Below the pieces are notes generated by a model that was not told where the DNA came from, made no database searches, and saw nothing but the letters and a program-made list of their open reading frames with translations. A stretch of 64,000 bases of DNA from Octopus vulgaris (Eukaryota): positions 80,972,001 to 81,036,000 of the forward strand of contig OX597818.1 in NCBI GenBank assembly GCA_951406725.2, read 5' to 3'. Both the position numbers and the translations under genes were made by a program. Within the stretch, counting starts at the first letter, position 1; every line of letters starts with the position of its first letter. Shown piece by piece: positions 1 to 13,519 of this stretch.

Positions 1-157
1 GAACCATTGCATTTTTAGTCTTCATGGTACTTTTTGGGCAGAGAAGGAGGAGCTCCAAGAGCCTGGGTATATGTAATGAGCTCACCAAACAGAACTGCAT
101 TAGCTTTGTTGCTCATCCTCTTCATATGATCAACCTAGCACAGCCCACTCAACGCAA

Positions 158-410
158 GTGGAGATATGTAGTTTAGTGGTTAGGGTGCTGGGCTCATGAT
201 TGTAAGATTGTGGTTTCAATTCTGGGACCAGGCAACACATTGTGTTCTTGAGCAAAACACTTCATTTCACATTGATCCAGTCCACTTAGCTGGCAAAAAT
301 AAGTAATCCTGTGATGGACCAGCATCCCATCCAGGTAGAGAATTTATACGCCATGGAAACAAGGAAACTGGCCCTTATGAGTTGCTATGACTCAAGAAGG
401 TAACCTTTAC
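158..410 (+). mobile_element. tRNA-derived SINE family A (head tggaggcrcatggcttagtggttaggg). Other copies at about 5037-5400, 10412-10600, 22820-23200, 24442-24640, 26653-27400 (+) and 9775-9930, 11772-12058, 23410-23720, 24010-24347, 26060-26568 (-)
   Basis: A-box-like TGGCTTAGTGG, B-box-like GGTTTCAATTCC, and a conserved body ttgtgttcttgagcaaaacactt...cagtccactcagctg repeated across the window. Confidence 0.8.
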
Positions 411-837
411 CTCAACTTTATACCCAATGCATAGCAGGCCTTTCAAAAGAGATGGCAAAAAGTAAAAATTTTATGAGAATAAGCGAGCTGGCAGAGCTGT
501 TAGCATAACAGACAAAATGCTGCTGTGTATTTTGTTTGTCTTTATGTTCTACATTCAAATTCTGCATTCAAATTGCCTTTCAACCCTTTGGGATTGATAA
601 AATGAATAACAGTTATGTAGTGGAGTTGATGTAATCGGCTTCCCACTTCTCTCAGAAACCGCTGGCTCTGTGCCAAGATTTGAAACCAGTATTATGAGGA
701 TGGTGAACTGGCAGAATTGTTAGTATTGGAATGAAAATGCCTTGTGACATTTCTTCTAGTTCTTTAATTTTGAGTTCAAGTCCAGCCAAGGTCAACTTTG
801 TCATTTCTCTTATTATATAATATTACTTAATAGTACT

Positions 838-880
<43 letters not shown>

Positions 881-1144
881 CAGGCAATAATGCTAATAAA
901 AAAATCAGATGCATCAAATATATTAGATATATTAAAACTAATATATTTAATGTATTTGATATATCTAATTTGTTTATCCACATAATTGCCTCTGTACCTG
1001 CTCAACTCGATAGCTTTTCACTACCTTGTGGAATGATCCCATGTAAAGATATTGGAATCTAAGTTTGATGTTTTGAGTACAACTAAGTGTCTTCTCTATG
1101 GAGAATCTCTAGATCTCATCTGTGACCCCACCACACACACACAT

Positions 1145-1590
1145 AAACTGTGTGTCATCTAAATTATGCAAATATGAAAATAACACATATAATTTTAATA
1201 AGAAATATTTAGCAAGATTACATAAAAATATCTTGAAATACTAAAGAGTACGTTTATTCAATAAAATTGACACTGGCTTCAATCACATTCCCCCAGACAA
1301 CTTTGGAATCTCCTGCAACTCTTCTGAATGGTCTCCTTGTTTAAGTTGGTGAATGCTGCCATAATCCTTGCCTTCAGTTCATTTTTGTTGTTGCAAAGAG
1401 TTTTGTTGGTTTGTCACTCAACTGTACCCCACACAAAATAACCAAGGGGGTTGCAGTCTGAAGAGTTAGGTGGCTAGATGTTAAGTGTGATGTGGTCACA
1501 GAAATTGTCTGACAGCCATGACTGGGTTCTCCTGCTTGTGTGACATGGTGCTGAGTCCTGTTGCCAGACATAAGATCTTCTAGCAGCCCC
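1145..1590 (-). pseudogene. Decayed Tc1/mariner-superfamily (maT/DD37D-like) transposase C-terminus with right end
   Basis: Minus strand reads YVWQQDSAPCHTS...WLSDNF...PPNSSDCNPLGYFVWG.VE...ELKARI, with stop codons. Confidence 0.75.
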
Positions 1591-1596
1591 CCCCCC

Positions 1597-1631
<35 letters not shown>

Positions 1632-1700
1632 CCAGAGTAAGCACATAAATGTGAAACAAGGTGGAAAATAGAGTACTCAAATACCAGAGGTAGAGTAATA

Positions 1701-1817
1701 TGCTTTATTTAAAAGCAGCAGAAATATAACAAAAGCTGTTACTCAGCGTTTCACGAACGAGAACGGGAAACTCTGAGTAACAGCTTTTGTTATATTTCTG
1801 CTGCTTTTAAATAAAGT
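1701..1817. repeat. Near-perfect fold-back (about 46-bp arms), probably an inverted PLE end with an HHR remnant
   Basis: ctttatttaaaagcagcagaaatataacaaaagctgttactcag pairs with ctgagtaacagcttttgttatatttctgctgcttttaaataaag. The centre reads ACGA-ACG-agaa-CGG-GAAA-CTCTGAG-TA. Confidence 0.75.
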
Positions 1818-1914
1818 ATATATATATAGATATATGTATGTACAAATATACGTGTTTGTAAATATATGTGTATATATATAGATATATGTATGTACAAATA
1901 TACGTGTTTGTAAA

Positions 1915-1955
<41 letters not shown>

Positions 1956-2307
1956 ATAAGACGGTAAGATAACAAAAGAAAGAAAGAGACCTCAATATTA
2001 TGTAAATAGAGGAAATTTATCTATACAATATGTTACATTACTCGGTAGTCAAGATAAAACTCTGAGTTTCAGATGCCGAAGTGGAAATCCACAACACCAT
2101 CTCTTCGGTTATCTGGCTATTTGAAAACGTTATGAAAAAATACCGTTAAATAAAGGGAAATTACTCTGTTATAACTCTGCTTGCCTGCGTACTTATACAT
2201 CGCTCGCATTTTTCGTCATAAAAATTATATAAAAATACGTAAAAAATATATAAAAAATATATAAAAATATATAAATTCTTCTTGGGACATAACATAGAAA
2301 GCATGTT

Positions 2308-3360
2308 CTATCTGTTTTCTTTAGGGGACCAAAAACGTAACAGAAACTTAGTCACATGTGGGCATGATCCGAAAAGCTCTGTCCTTGTATTTAGACATGT
2401 AGTAGGGTCTAAGCTGCTTTTCCAGATAAGCCATCTCTCCATGTTGCGTAGACCGCACCTTCCGCTGCCGTTAGTATAGGGCTTACATCTGGCCAAAATC
2501 TTCCATTGTATGTTATAGTCGACACCTTTATCTCTTAAAGACCAAATATGATTAGACAATTGTGTCGCTTTTCTTTTGTTCCAGTGCCTAAAGCTCAAAG
2601 TGTGGTTATTGAACCTGGCCTTGAAATTACCCTCTGTAAGGCCCACGTATTTCTTCGTCGAAACAGTGTCTTTAGTGGTTATAGAGTTTACGGTAGCTTC
2701 ATATATGATGGTCTTGGACATGCAAGCTCCATTTAGCGGGCACAATTCTTTATTCCTGCATGAACAGCTGTTTTCTTCTTGTGTTTTTTGTATGTTATGT
2801 TTGATTATGTTTTTAAAATTGGTAGTTGAACTAAAACTAATTTTTAAATTGTGTCTATTGAAGAGTTTCCTATAAGTATGATTAACTGGAAAATGTCTAT
2901 CTATCAGTGCTAGGAAATATTTACCTATATTGAAGGCCACCTCGGGTGAGTAAGGGGCGTAAACCAGATGACCTTCCTATTTCTATTATTCCTTTTCTTT
3001 ACTGTTGGGCTAGTGATAGGTGTATATTTTATTTTATCGCTAAAGCCACTATCTTTTAAAGCCTTATTATAAACTGGGGCAACGCTATTGAAGATGTCCT
3101 CATCAGATGAGAGGCTAGAAATCCTCTTACTAATATTTTTAGCTAAATTTTTGAATACTATAGGGGGATGGCATGAACCTACATTAATATAACTTAGTCT
3201 ATCATTGGGCTTCCTATAAGGCTTATAAATATTCTTATTAAGATCTAAGGAAACGTCTAAGAAATTGACAACCGTCAAGTTAGTATCTATAGTTATACTA
3301 AGTCCGAAGTGCTTCATTAACTGGATAATATCCTTCCTAAAACGATCTTGTGCTGGTCCA
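2308..3360 (-). pseudogene. PLE reverse transcriptase C-terminus plus GIY-YIG endonuclease (frameshifted)
   Basis: Motifs as in the parent element; the WFxPP..S...NIGK motif is broken across frames. Confidence 0.9.
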
Positions 3361-3622
3361 TTTCGCCATCTACAAAGATGATGCCCTCGCCTTAACAGCT
3401 AATACATGTGACTAAGTTTCTGTTACGTTTTTGGTCCCCTAAAGAAAACAGATAGAACATGCTTTCTATGTTATGTCCCAAGAAGAATTTATATATTTTT
3501 ATATATTTTTTATATAATTTTTATGACGAAAAATGCGAGCGATGTATAAGTACGCAGGCAAGCAGAGTTATAACAGAGTAATTTCCCTTTATTTAACGGT
3601 ATTTTTTCATAACGTTTTCAAA

Positions 3623-3696
3623 TAGCCAGATAACTGAAGAGATGGTGTTGTGGATTTCCACTTCGGCATCTGAAACTCAGAGTTTTATCTTGACTA
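3623..3696 (+). ncRNA. Type I hammerhead ribozyme motif in the PLE pseudo-LTR (mirror copy at 2046-2119 on the minus strand has a CCGAAGA core)
   Basis: agataa-CTGAAGA-GATG..gtgga/tccac..CATC-t-GAAA-CTCaGAG-TT-ttatct. Stems I, II and a palindromic III are all present, with one extra nucleotide before GAAA. Confidence 0.7.
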
Positions 3697-3778
3697 CCGA
3701 GTAATGTAACATATTGTATAGATATATATATATATATATATATAGATATATGTATGTACAAATATACGTGTTTGTAAA

Positions 3779-3818
<40 letters not shown>

Positions 3819-3920
3819 CAAATATGTGTTTGTACATATATGAGTGTATATATATATATATAGATATATGTATGTACAAATATACGTGTTTGTATATATA
3901 TATGTATGTGTATATATATA

Positions 3921-3972
<52 letters not shown>

Positions 3973-4578
3973 GTGTGTGTGTTTGTTTGTGTGTACCCTT
4001 ATCTTGACATCATGTGATGAATGTAAACGAGCATTACTGTTATATAAGCAATGTTTTTCATTTTGCATCTTCCAAAGAAAACTTGTCCGGCTATGGAGAA
4101 ATATTACCCTTTTGGGTACAGTTGAGGGTTGGCAGCAAAAAGGACATCCAGCAGTAGAAAATCTACTTCAGCAGCTTCCATCTGATCTATGGAAGCATTA
4201 GAAAGTGGATAACTATTCATTACTGCTCTTCCCTTAATATAGAGCTGGGGTTGCATTATATTCAAGATCAGATTGGAAGCAAGTAAATATAGTGAGAAAA
4301 GAACAAAATAAAAAGGTTGTTCATACTAAAGGTTGTTCACCTGGGCTGTTTTGTCGAGGTTGTTTAACTCAAAAGCTGATATGGAAAACAACTATTAAAA
4401 TTACAATTCGGCTATAAGTTGTTTTTTGTTACTTACTGTACTGTGAAAGAAGGATTGAAAATAGACTTGATTGAGGTTAAAAGCTAAACAGGGGGAAAAT
4501 AAATGTAAACAACTAAAATAAGTGATAAGTAAACGATCTAAAGTTTTACTTTCGTGTCTATGGAAATGAGTTCATATC

Positions 4579-4807
4579 TTAACCCTTTAGTATTTAAGCT
4601 GACCATATCCAGCCAGCCCAAATATTCTACCTGTTTTATGCTCAAATCAGCCAGATACCATCTTGCACACCTACCCTACAATGTCACTAAAAATATACAA
4701 TCATATCATCAAAATCTTGGAGCTATGAGATAATACATGATTACTGAAAATAATGTGTATAAATAAGGATTACAGTTGATAGAATAATATGAAGGCTAAA
4801 AGGTTAA
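4579..4807. mobile_element. piggyBac-type MITE (TTAA-CCCTTTAG...CTAAAAGG-TTAA). Related copies at about 6525-7097, 22070-22140, 61150-62625 (interrupted) and 62626-62833
   Basis: TTAA flanks, short terminal inverted repeats (TIRs) starting CCC, and a shared internal sequence (cacacctaccctacaatgtc...). Confidence 0.7.
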
Positions 4808-6680
4808 TGGAGTGTCCATAGCTGCTTTGGGCAAAAAAAATTCCAAGCAGGAATTTTTGTCTGGAATGAGCCGTTGTAGAAGGTTGTACTGTAGTATAGG
4901 TCAGGGCACTAGTACACTGTTGCACCTTGTTTGAGTTTTATTTGTCATCTAAACAAATTTTGAATTTGACCTCTCTTTGCTGTTAAAAGTTCGAAATTTT
5001 TTTTTAAACGACAAATGAAACTTACCCCTCTTTAAGTGGAGGCACATAGCTTTGTGGTGAGGGTGTTGGACTCGCGATCATAAGATTGTGGTTTTGATTC
5101 TTGGACCAAGCGATGCATTGTGTTCACTTCATTTCACGTTGCTCCAGTCCACTCAGCTGTAGAAATGAGTACCACTAGTGGAGGTGTGTCATATCATGGT
5201 GAGGGTGTTGAATTCATGACCGTAAGATTGTGGTTTCCATCCCTGAACTGGGTGATCCATTGTGTTCTTGAACAAAACACTTAATTTCATATTGCTGTAG
5301 AAATGAATTTAGCCAGGAGAGCGATGGGCTCCACCAGGCTCTCTCACCTTACGTACACTGCATGGCTGCAGCACCCCCAACGACCCCCAAGGGGTTAAGA
5401 GGCTTGTCATTGTCACCCCTCTTTAACCATTCTTTCACAGTGTTACTGCTTTGCAAAGAGTAAATATAACAAAATGTGGTCTGACTACTTTACCAAATTT
5501 ATAATAATTTGGATATTTGGTGATGAAACAATTTTCAATATTTGGCCTTAGTTGTCATTGATCTTTTTTTTTTCATAACATTGTTTTATTTGTATTTAGT
5601 AATTGCATAATATTTTCTAATCTAATATTTTCTAATCTAATGATATCAAAAACCTTGGTGGTTGTTTTGCAAGTTTTATTCAAATCAAGTTACAGTTCAG
5701 AATATCATATCATTGCATGTGTTATATATTACTATGGCCACCAAAACTACATCTGTTTGCAAGTATAGAAACACATACATTTGCATAAGGTAGCAGTTTT
5801 AGAAGAGGAGGAGATGAGTTGATTACATTGAGCCTCAGAACTTGACTGGTGTCTTATTTTAAATTGAACCTGAAAGTGTGAAATGCAAGATTGACCTCTG
5901 TGGGATTTGAACTCAGAATGTAAAGAGCTGGAAGAATTGTTTGCTAAGCATTTTGTCCAATGCACCATCTCACTGCCTTAATATACACATTAAATAACCC
6001 TTTAATCCTATCAATTATTTTTTTTTTCTAAACCCTTATTTATACGAGATGAAGGCCCAAGTAGCCCTCTTTAGAATTTTAAAATGAAGTGAAAATTTTC
6101 CAAATTGGGTATTTTGATGTAATTTTCCACATTGAATCTGAATTTTAGATTCATATATTCCCAGAAAAAAAAAATTAGGAAAATGTTACAATGGTTCAAA
6201 GTTTGATAAAGTCCCCTAAAATATTTAAAATCAGTTATTAAATTATATTACAAAACTTGTATACAATTTACTTATGATGGCATTATATATAAGAAAAATT
6301 CTCTTTTATTCTAAGTAAGACAATGAAAGACTAAATTTAAGTCAATTATTTATTGACAATACATAATTCATATAGACTGAAAACACCTTAACATAGTGTT
6401 GCAGCTTTACATGTATGCTCAGTATTTTTATTGTTGATGACTAAAATGAATATTCCAGTAACTTTTTTTTCTGGATTCATTCCTCCCTGTTACCTTTTTT
6501 ATTTTCGTCCCATTAAATAAATGCATTTAAAGTGGCTGTATATTCTACCCATTTTATGTTCAAATCAGTCAGATCCATCCTCTCACATCGGCCTTACAAT
6601 ATCTTTCCAAATATAAACAATCAAACCATTGAAATCTCAAAGCTACAAGAAAATGCATGATTAATTTAAAAACAATATGA

Positions 6681-7049
6681 ACAAGAGCACTCAGAGAAGC
6701 AAACCTCTGCCAAAGCAACACCAATGTCCTCTCAATGATTAACCAGAGATGAATTTTAAAATGAGAATATCTGAAATAAACTCAACTGCTCTCACAAATG
6801 AGAATACTAAAAATGAACCTGACCACTCTCAAAAATTAAGTAAAAAAACTGGAAAAATAATCCAGAATCCTTTTCCGGCATCAGATTGATATCAAAATCT
6901 AATCAGTTCATGCCAGTCACAAGGCCAAACATCCCTGAGAGTTTCATCTGAATCCATCCAGTGGTTCTTGAGATATCTTGTCCATGGACAAACAAACAAA
7001 CACACACAACTGAAAACAATACCTCTGGCTTTGCTAAGGTGGAGGTAAT
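6681..7049 (+). mobile_element. Helentron-associated non-autonomous element (HINE-like) nested in a piggyBac-type MITE
   Basis: Subterminal acctctgccaaagc near the 5' end and a 3' terminal hairpin acctc..gaggt. No TSD, and the host MITE resumes at aaataagcatagcatttgac. Confidence 0.5.
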
Positions 7050-9699
7050 AAATAAGCATAGCATTTGACAGAGTAATCTGAATGCTTAAAGGTTAATTTA
7101 ACTATTATTACAATTTAATTACCATTATTACAATTAACTATTATTACAATCTTGATTTTTTTTTTATGGAAAAAAAAGTGAAAAATTTTTATGTTTAAAA
7201 GGTGCTGAAGGAGTTTCTAACTCTACTTGCTAAAAGTTAATGCCAAATTCTCCCTCAAATCACGCCCTTAATATCTTTATAAAAAAAACAGGCATGTAAG
7301 ATAATTGAATCTGGCTTTCCTACACACATAAAACAGATGGGATGGTGATAGCTACAATGCCTTTGATTATATAGGCCTACTTGGGTATGGCTGATCTACT
7401 CTTTTACTTGTTTCAGTCATTTGACTGCAGCCATGCTGGAGCACTGCCTTTAGTCAAGCAAATCAACCCCAGTACTTATCCTTTGTAAGCCTAGTACTTA
7501 TTCCATTGGTCTTTTTTGCCGAACTGCTAAGTTACGGGGATGTAAACACACTAGCATCGGTTTGTCAAGCAATTCTAGGGGGACAAACACAGACACACAC
7601 ACACACACACACATATGTATATATATATACATACATATATATACGATGGGCTTCTTTCAGTTTTCGTCTACCAACTCCACTCTGAAGGCTTTGGTCGGCC
7701 TGAGGCTATACTAGAAGACACTTGCCCAAGGTGCCACGCAGTGGGACTGAACCCGGAACCATGTGGTTGGTAAGCCACCTACTTACCACACAGCCACTCT
7801 TGCACCTATGAAGATTCTTCCAACAATTTGAAGTATTACAATTTTTCACCAGATATGAAAAATATTTTGTGTTCTGGTGATGAAAATCATGTTAATTTTT
7901 TTGTTTCTATTAACTCATAATAACCAATTTAAAATTTTGTAACTTTAGCCAATTGGAAACCACCATTGTCCACATGCAGAATACCTGAAATACCTCAAGT
8001 GGTTGGAAGAATTTTAAAATGATCCTTTCCTTCTTTTTGTCTGAGAAAGAAAACTTTTATTTAATTTACAGACTAACCCTCATACCTCAAGTTATTTCTC
8101 TGCTTGTTATTCGCCATATATAAAATGGGAGGAATGTGAGTGGTTTACTGTGGCTTTGAAATACTGCCTGCTTGTTGTAGTGGTTGATGTCCCTGTGAAT
8201 ATAGTTCACCCCTCCTCTCCTTATATTGTCCTTAGCATGTTATTGTTATTATTATTATTATTTTTGTTTTTGTTATTTGTTAAACCCAGACAAGGGTTAT
8301 AAGGTGTAGTTTAGCTTGAGTTAGGTCACGTTCCTTCTTTGTCCTCATGCCAACACAATGCATATACTATTTTAATTAGACGGTCTACACAAACACTCAC
8401 ACGTGCTTGATTAAATATACACTCACAAACAAGCAAAGTCAAGTACATACTTCTCTTTAGAAGCCCCCACACACATGTAGATGCACATGCACACACACAC
8501 ACACACACATGCACACGCACACACACATGTATGCATGTCAACTACATATGGAAAAAATCCAAAGGTTTTCCATCAGTTTCTGTGATGTCCGGTTGTTCAA
8601 TCAACTGGACTGTCCCTTCAAGGAATTTTAATATTGGTGGCTGAATATTTCTAATACCTTTGTAAAATTAACATAATATTTAAGCAGAATCACCATAATA
8701 CTGTGTCTATCAGAGGATGACCCATTTCAGTTACTGGTACAGCTCTTCTGCTGCCCAATTTCACTTACAAAACTTGTTGTTGACCTGAGTCAGTGCTAAA
8801 AGATATGTGTCCAGTAGCCACACAGGGAGATCAAACTCAACACTTACCTACTTTAGATTTTATTTGTTTCAGTCATTGAACTGTGGCCATGCTAGCCTCC
8901 AACACTTCAACACTTCAGCACACTGTGTTGAAGGGTTTAAGTGGATGAAATTAACCCTAGTATTTCACTCTTTTACTTGTTTCAGTCATTTGACTGTGGC
9001 CATGCTGGAGCACCATCTTTAGTTGAGCAAATCAACCCCAGGACTTATTCTTTGTAAGCCTAGTACTTATTCTATCGGTCTCTTTTGCCGAACCGCTAAG
9101 TTACGGGGACGTAAACACACCACCATCGGTTGTCAAGCGATGCTGGGGGAACAAACACAGACACACAAACATATACATACAGTTTCCGTCTACCAAATGC
9201 ACTCACAAGGCTTTGGTCGGCCCGAGGCTATAGTAGAAGACACTTGCCCAAGGTGCCACACAGTGGGACTGAACCCCGGACCATGTGGTTGGTAAGCAAG
9301 CTACTTACCACACAGCCACTCCCGCGCCTTATTTATTTATTATTTATAATTTTCTTTGTTTTTACTTTTGGTACTTCTTCTATTGGTCTCTTTTGCAGAG
9401 CTGCTAAATTATGGGGGATATAAACAAACTAACATTGGTTTTCAAGTGGTGAAGGGGACAAATTCAAACATCAAGATACACACACACGCATACACATAGA
9501 TGGGATTCCACACAGTTTCCATCTACCATATTTACTAGCAAAGCTTTGGTTGACTTGGGGTTGTAGTTGGAGACATTGCCCCAAGGTGCTGCACAGTGAG
9601 ACTGAACCTGAAACTATGTAGTTGCAAAGTGAGATTCTTAACCATACAGCCATATATGTTAATCATAATTTTTTTTAGTAACTTGGCTATGTAGGTATG

Positions 9700-9731
<32 letters not shown>

Positions 9732-11160
9732 GTTTAAGCTCTTGAGCTGTGGCCATGCTGGGGCACCGCCATTGTGGTGAAAGAGTACAGCAGGGATCAC
9801 CACCCCCTGCCGGAGCCTCGTAGAGCTTTTAGGTGTTTTCGCTCAATAAACACACACAACGCCCGGTCTGAGAATCGAAACCGCGATCCTGCGACCGCGA
9901 GTCCGCTGCCCTAACCACTAGGCCATTGCGCAGAAGTTTATTTCTCAACCACAAGGTCATCGGTTCAATTCCACTGTGTAGCTTCTTGGATAATTGTTTT
10001 TTTTTTATCACAGGTTCCAGTGGACCCAAACCTTGTGAGTAAAATTTGATGGAGGGAAACAGTAGAAGCCTGTTGGTTGAATTGTACTGGGTGTAGCAAA
10101 AAACAAAAAAAAAACCAAAAAAACAAAGCAACCCTCAGATTAACCATTCTTGATAAACATTTTAATAACAAATGCACAATATGCACTGATTCAAACTGGA
10201 AAGAAAATGGTGAACTGTTAACTACATGGAAATACTAGCACTGTCTGCCTGACATCATTGGTGCCACACCAATGTCTGGGAGGTTTTTCTGCCTCACAGT
10301 ATGCCTGTAAACCGAAGATACAGCTTTGTCAGCCACTGTGTCATCTGATTCTGGTACCTGTTAAGGGTATATGTACCTATAAAATATTCAGTCACTCATA
10401 TGCTTAATCACAGAGGTGCATGGCTTAGTGGTTAGGGTGTTGAACTCCTGATTATAAGATTGTAGTTTCAATTCCTGGACTGGGTGATGCATTGTGCTCT
10501 TGAACCAACTGCTTCTTTCATTCTGCTCCAGTCCACTCAACTGGTAAAAGAGAGTAATCCTGGGTGAAACAGCATCCTGTCCAGGGAGCAGCATAAACTC
10601 ATCCATGCTGATGGCACGCAAAAAAGCACTCAGTACATTCTCTTAAGTGGTTGGCATTAGGAAGGGCATCCAGCCATGGAAACTATACCACAACAAACAA
10701 TTGGAGTCCGGACAACTCCCTGCTAGCATGGAAAGCAGACATTAAACTCTGATGTGGCTGTGTGGTAAGAAGCTTGCTTCCCAACCACATGGTTCTGGGT
10801 TCAGTCCTACAGCATGGCACCTTGGGCAAGTATCTTCTACTATAGCCTTGGGCTGACCAAAGCCTTGTGAGTGGATTTGGTTGATGGAAACTGAAAAAAG
10901 TCTGTTGTATATATAAATATGTATATATACATACACACACAAATATATATATATGTGTGTGTTTGTGTGTCTGTGTTTGTCCCCCCACCATTGCTTGACA
11001 ACCGATGTTGGTGTGTTTATGTCCCCATAATTTAGCGGTTCAGCAAAAGAGACCAATAGAATAAGTACTAAGCTTACAAAGAATTAGTCCTGGGGCCGAT
11101 TAGTTTGACTAAAGGCGGTGCTCTAGCATGGCTGCAGTCAAATGACTTAAACAAATAAAA

Positions 11161-11199
<39 letters not shown>

Positions 11200-12908
11200 A
11201 CCCGGAAACTGGCTCTATTCTCCTAACTATGGATTAACTGTATGCTTATTCACTGAATAGAGACTTCAGTCGATTGAATGACTGAATGTCCGTCATTGAA
11301 GCTAAAGAGTGCTTATTGCATGCACATATACATACACACAGGGCGTGAGGGAATGTCTACATCTACCTCAATTCAGGACAGAAAGGTATGATTGCAGAGG
11401 AAGCATAGGAAGTGGGCTGTTGATGGGATGGTCATGATGTCCTTGTTTATCCTATTTTTCTCTTATCTGCATGGATAATCCTGTGGGTGTCTTCATTGAC
11501 ACACCCACCTACATGCACCTCCTACATATATTTTTATCAACAGAATGTTACAGAACTGACTCAAAGGATGGGAGTTTTGTAGATGGCATTTATATCGAAC
11601 ACATCCCTATCTTTACTTTTCTTTTTTTTCTTTTACTTGTTATAGTCATTAGACTAGTGGCCATGTTGGGGCACCACGTTGAAGAATTTTAGTGAAATGA
11701 CTTGACCACAGTACATAATTTTTGAATCCTAGTACTTATTCTATCAGTCTTTTTTGTCAAACTACCAAGTTCTTCTTTTTCTTCTTAATCCTTTTTGCTC
11801 CTTGTGGAGCATAGGGCTAGTTTCCTGGTTTCCTTGGCGTATAGGTTCCCCACTTGGACGGGATGCCAGTCTGTCGCAGGTGAGCTGCAAGATGCAGGAG
11901 GAAAGAGTGGGAGAAAGTTGTGACAAAAGAGTCAGCAGAAGTTCGCCATTACCTTCTGCCGGAGCCGCATAAACACACACATTGCCCAGTCTGAGATTCG
12001 AACCCGCGATCCCTTGACTGTGAATCCGCTGTTCTAACCACTAGGCCATGTGCCTCCACAAACTACCAAGTTAGGGGGATGTAAAGAAACCAACACTGGT
12101 TGAAAAGTGTAGTGGTGATGGACAAGCACAGACACAAACAGATACACACACACACATATATATGATGAACTTCTTTCAGTTTCCAATCCTTACGAGACTT
12201 TGGTTGGCCTGAGGCTATAATAGAAGACACTTGCTCAAGGTGCCACACAGTGGGATTGAACCTGGAACCTTGTGGTTGGGAAGCAAACTGCTTACTACCC
12301 AACCATGCTTTTATATATATGTGTGTGTGTGAGTATATATATATATGTGTGTGTATCTATATATGTATATATATGTGTGTGTATCTATATATGTATATAT
12401 ATGTGTGTGTATCTATACATGTATATATGTGTGTGTATCTATACATGTATATATGTGTGTGTATCTATACATGTATATGTGTGTGTATCTATACATATAT
12501 ATATGTGTGTGTGTATCTATACATGTATATATGTCTCTATTAATGCATGTATATATGTGTGTGTATCTCTATATGTATATGTGTGTGTATCTCTATATGT
12601 ATATATGTGTGTGTATCTCTATATGTATATATGTGTGTGTATCTATATATGTATATATGTGTGTATATATATGTATATATGCGTATGTATGTATATATGT
12701 ATGTATATATACATATACATGTATATATACATATGTATGATGTATACATCCATACATTAAAAGAGATTAATAAATCTGGGCTGATATCTAGAAAGCATTC
12801 AGTGTTAAATGAACTTGGTTAACTATATGAAACAATAAAATTCCTCTAAAATTGGATAGAAGTAACGCCCAAAACAATTACTTATATATGATAGATAAAT
12901 CTAAATAT

Positions 12909-12943
<35 letters not shown>

Positions 12944-13519
12944 GTGTGTGTGTGGGTGTGTTGTAGTGATGTTCATGCTTTTGGAATGTCAGTTTACATA
13001 TTAAAGCTAAAATAAAGGTGAGTGGCTTATGACTGATTGTGACTAGGTGGTTTATGATGGTCTGTGACTAAATGCTTCTCATTCATGCATGAATTTTGGT
13101 CTTTGTAATGAAATCCTTATCGAGGCATCAACACCCTCATAATTTACACACTTGATGACTCCTCTACCAATTATTAGAAATTCTTAAAATTATACAGTGA
13201 GTTTTTGTTTGTTTGTCTTTTATTCTGTTATTCTGTTGCTTGTTTCAGTCATTTGACTGTGGCCATGCTGGAATACTGCCCCAAACGGTTCTTTTTTTCA
13301 GTTGAAGAAATTGACCACAGGACTTACTCTTTGTAAGCCTTGCATCCACTCTATCAGTCTCTTTTGCTGAGCTGCTTGTGTATGGGGATGTAAACACACC
13401 AACACATTCTTTGTGAGCAAAGATTTGCTGGGGCACAGCGAATGTCTACGTCTATCCCTATTCAAAACTGAAAGGCATGATTGCAAAGTCTGCATGGGAA
13501 GGTGGGCTGGTGTTGGGTT

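Larger units (their letters stand above)
1953..3724 (-). mobile_element. 5'-truncated Penelope-like retroelement (PLE) with an inverted pseudo-LTR
   Basis: ORF pieces 2925-3360 (RT thumb: VNFLDVSLDL...YRKPN...HP) and 2308-2940 (C-x-C...CPL.G.C linker; GIY-YIG IIYEA...YVGLTE.NFK.RF..H) are separated by one frameshift near 2950. 3404-3724 is the reverse complement of about 2018-2359. Confidence 0.93.

Noticed and set aside
9023-9423. Recurrent ORFs ending in EDTCPRCHAVGLNP.PCGW
   Set aside because: They are antisense translations of SINE family C, repeated wherever the SINE occurs.
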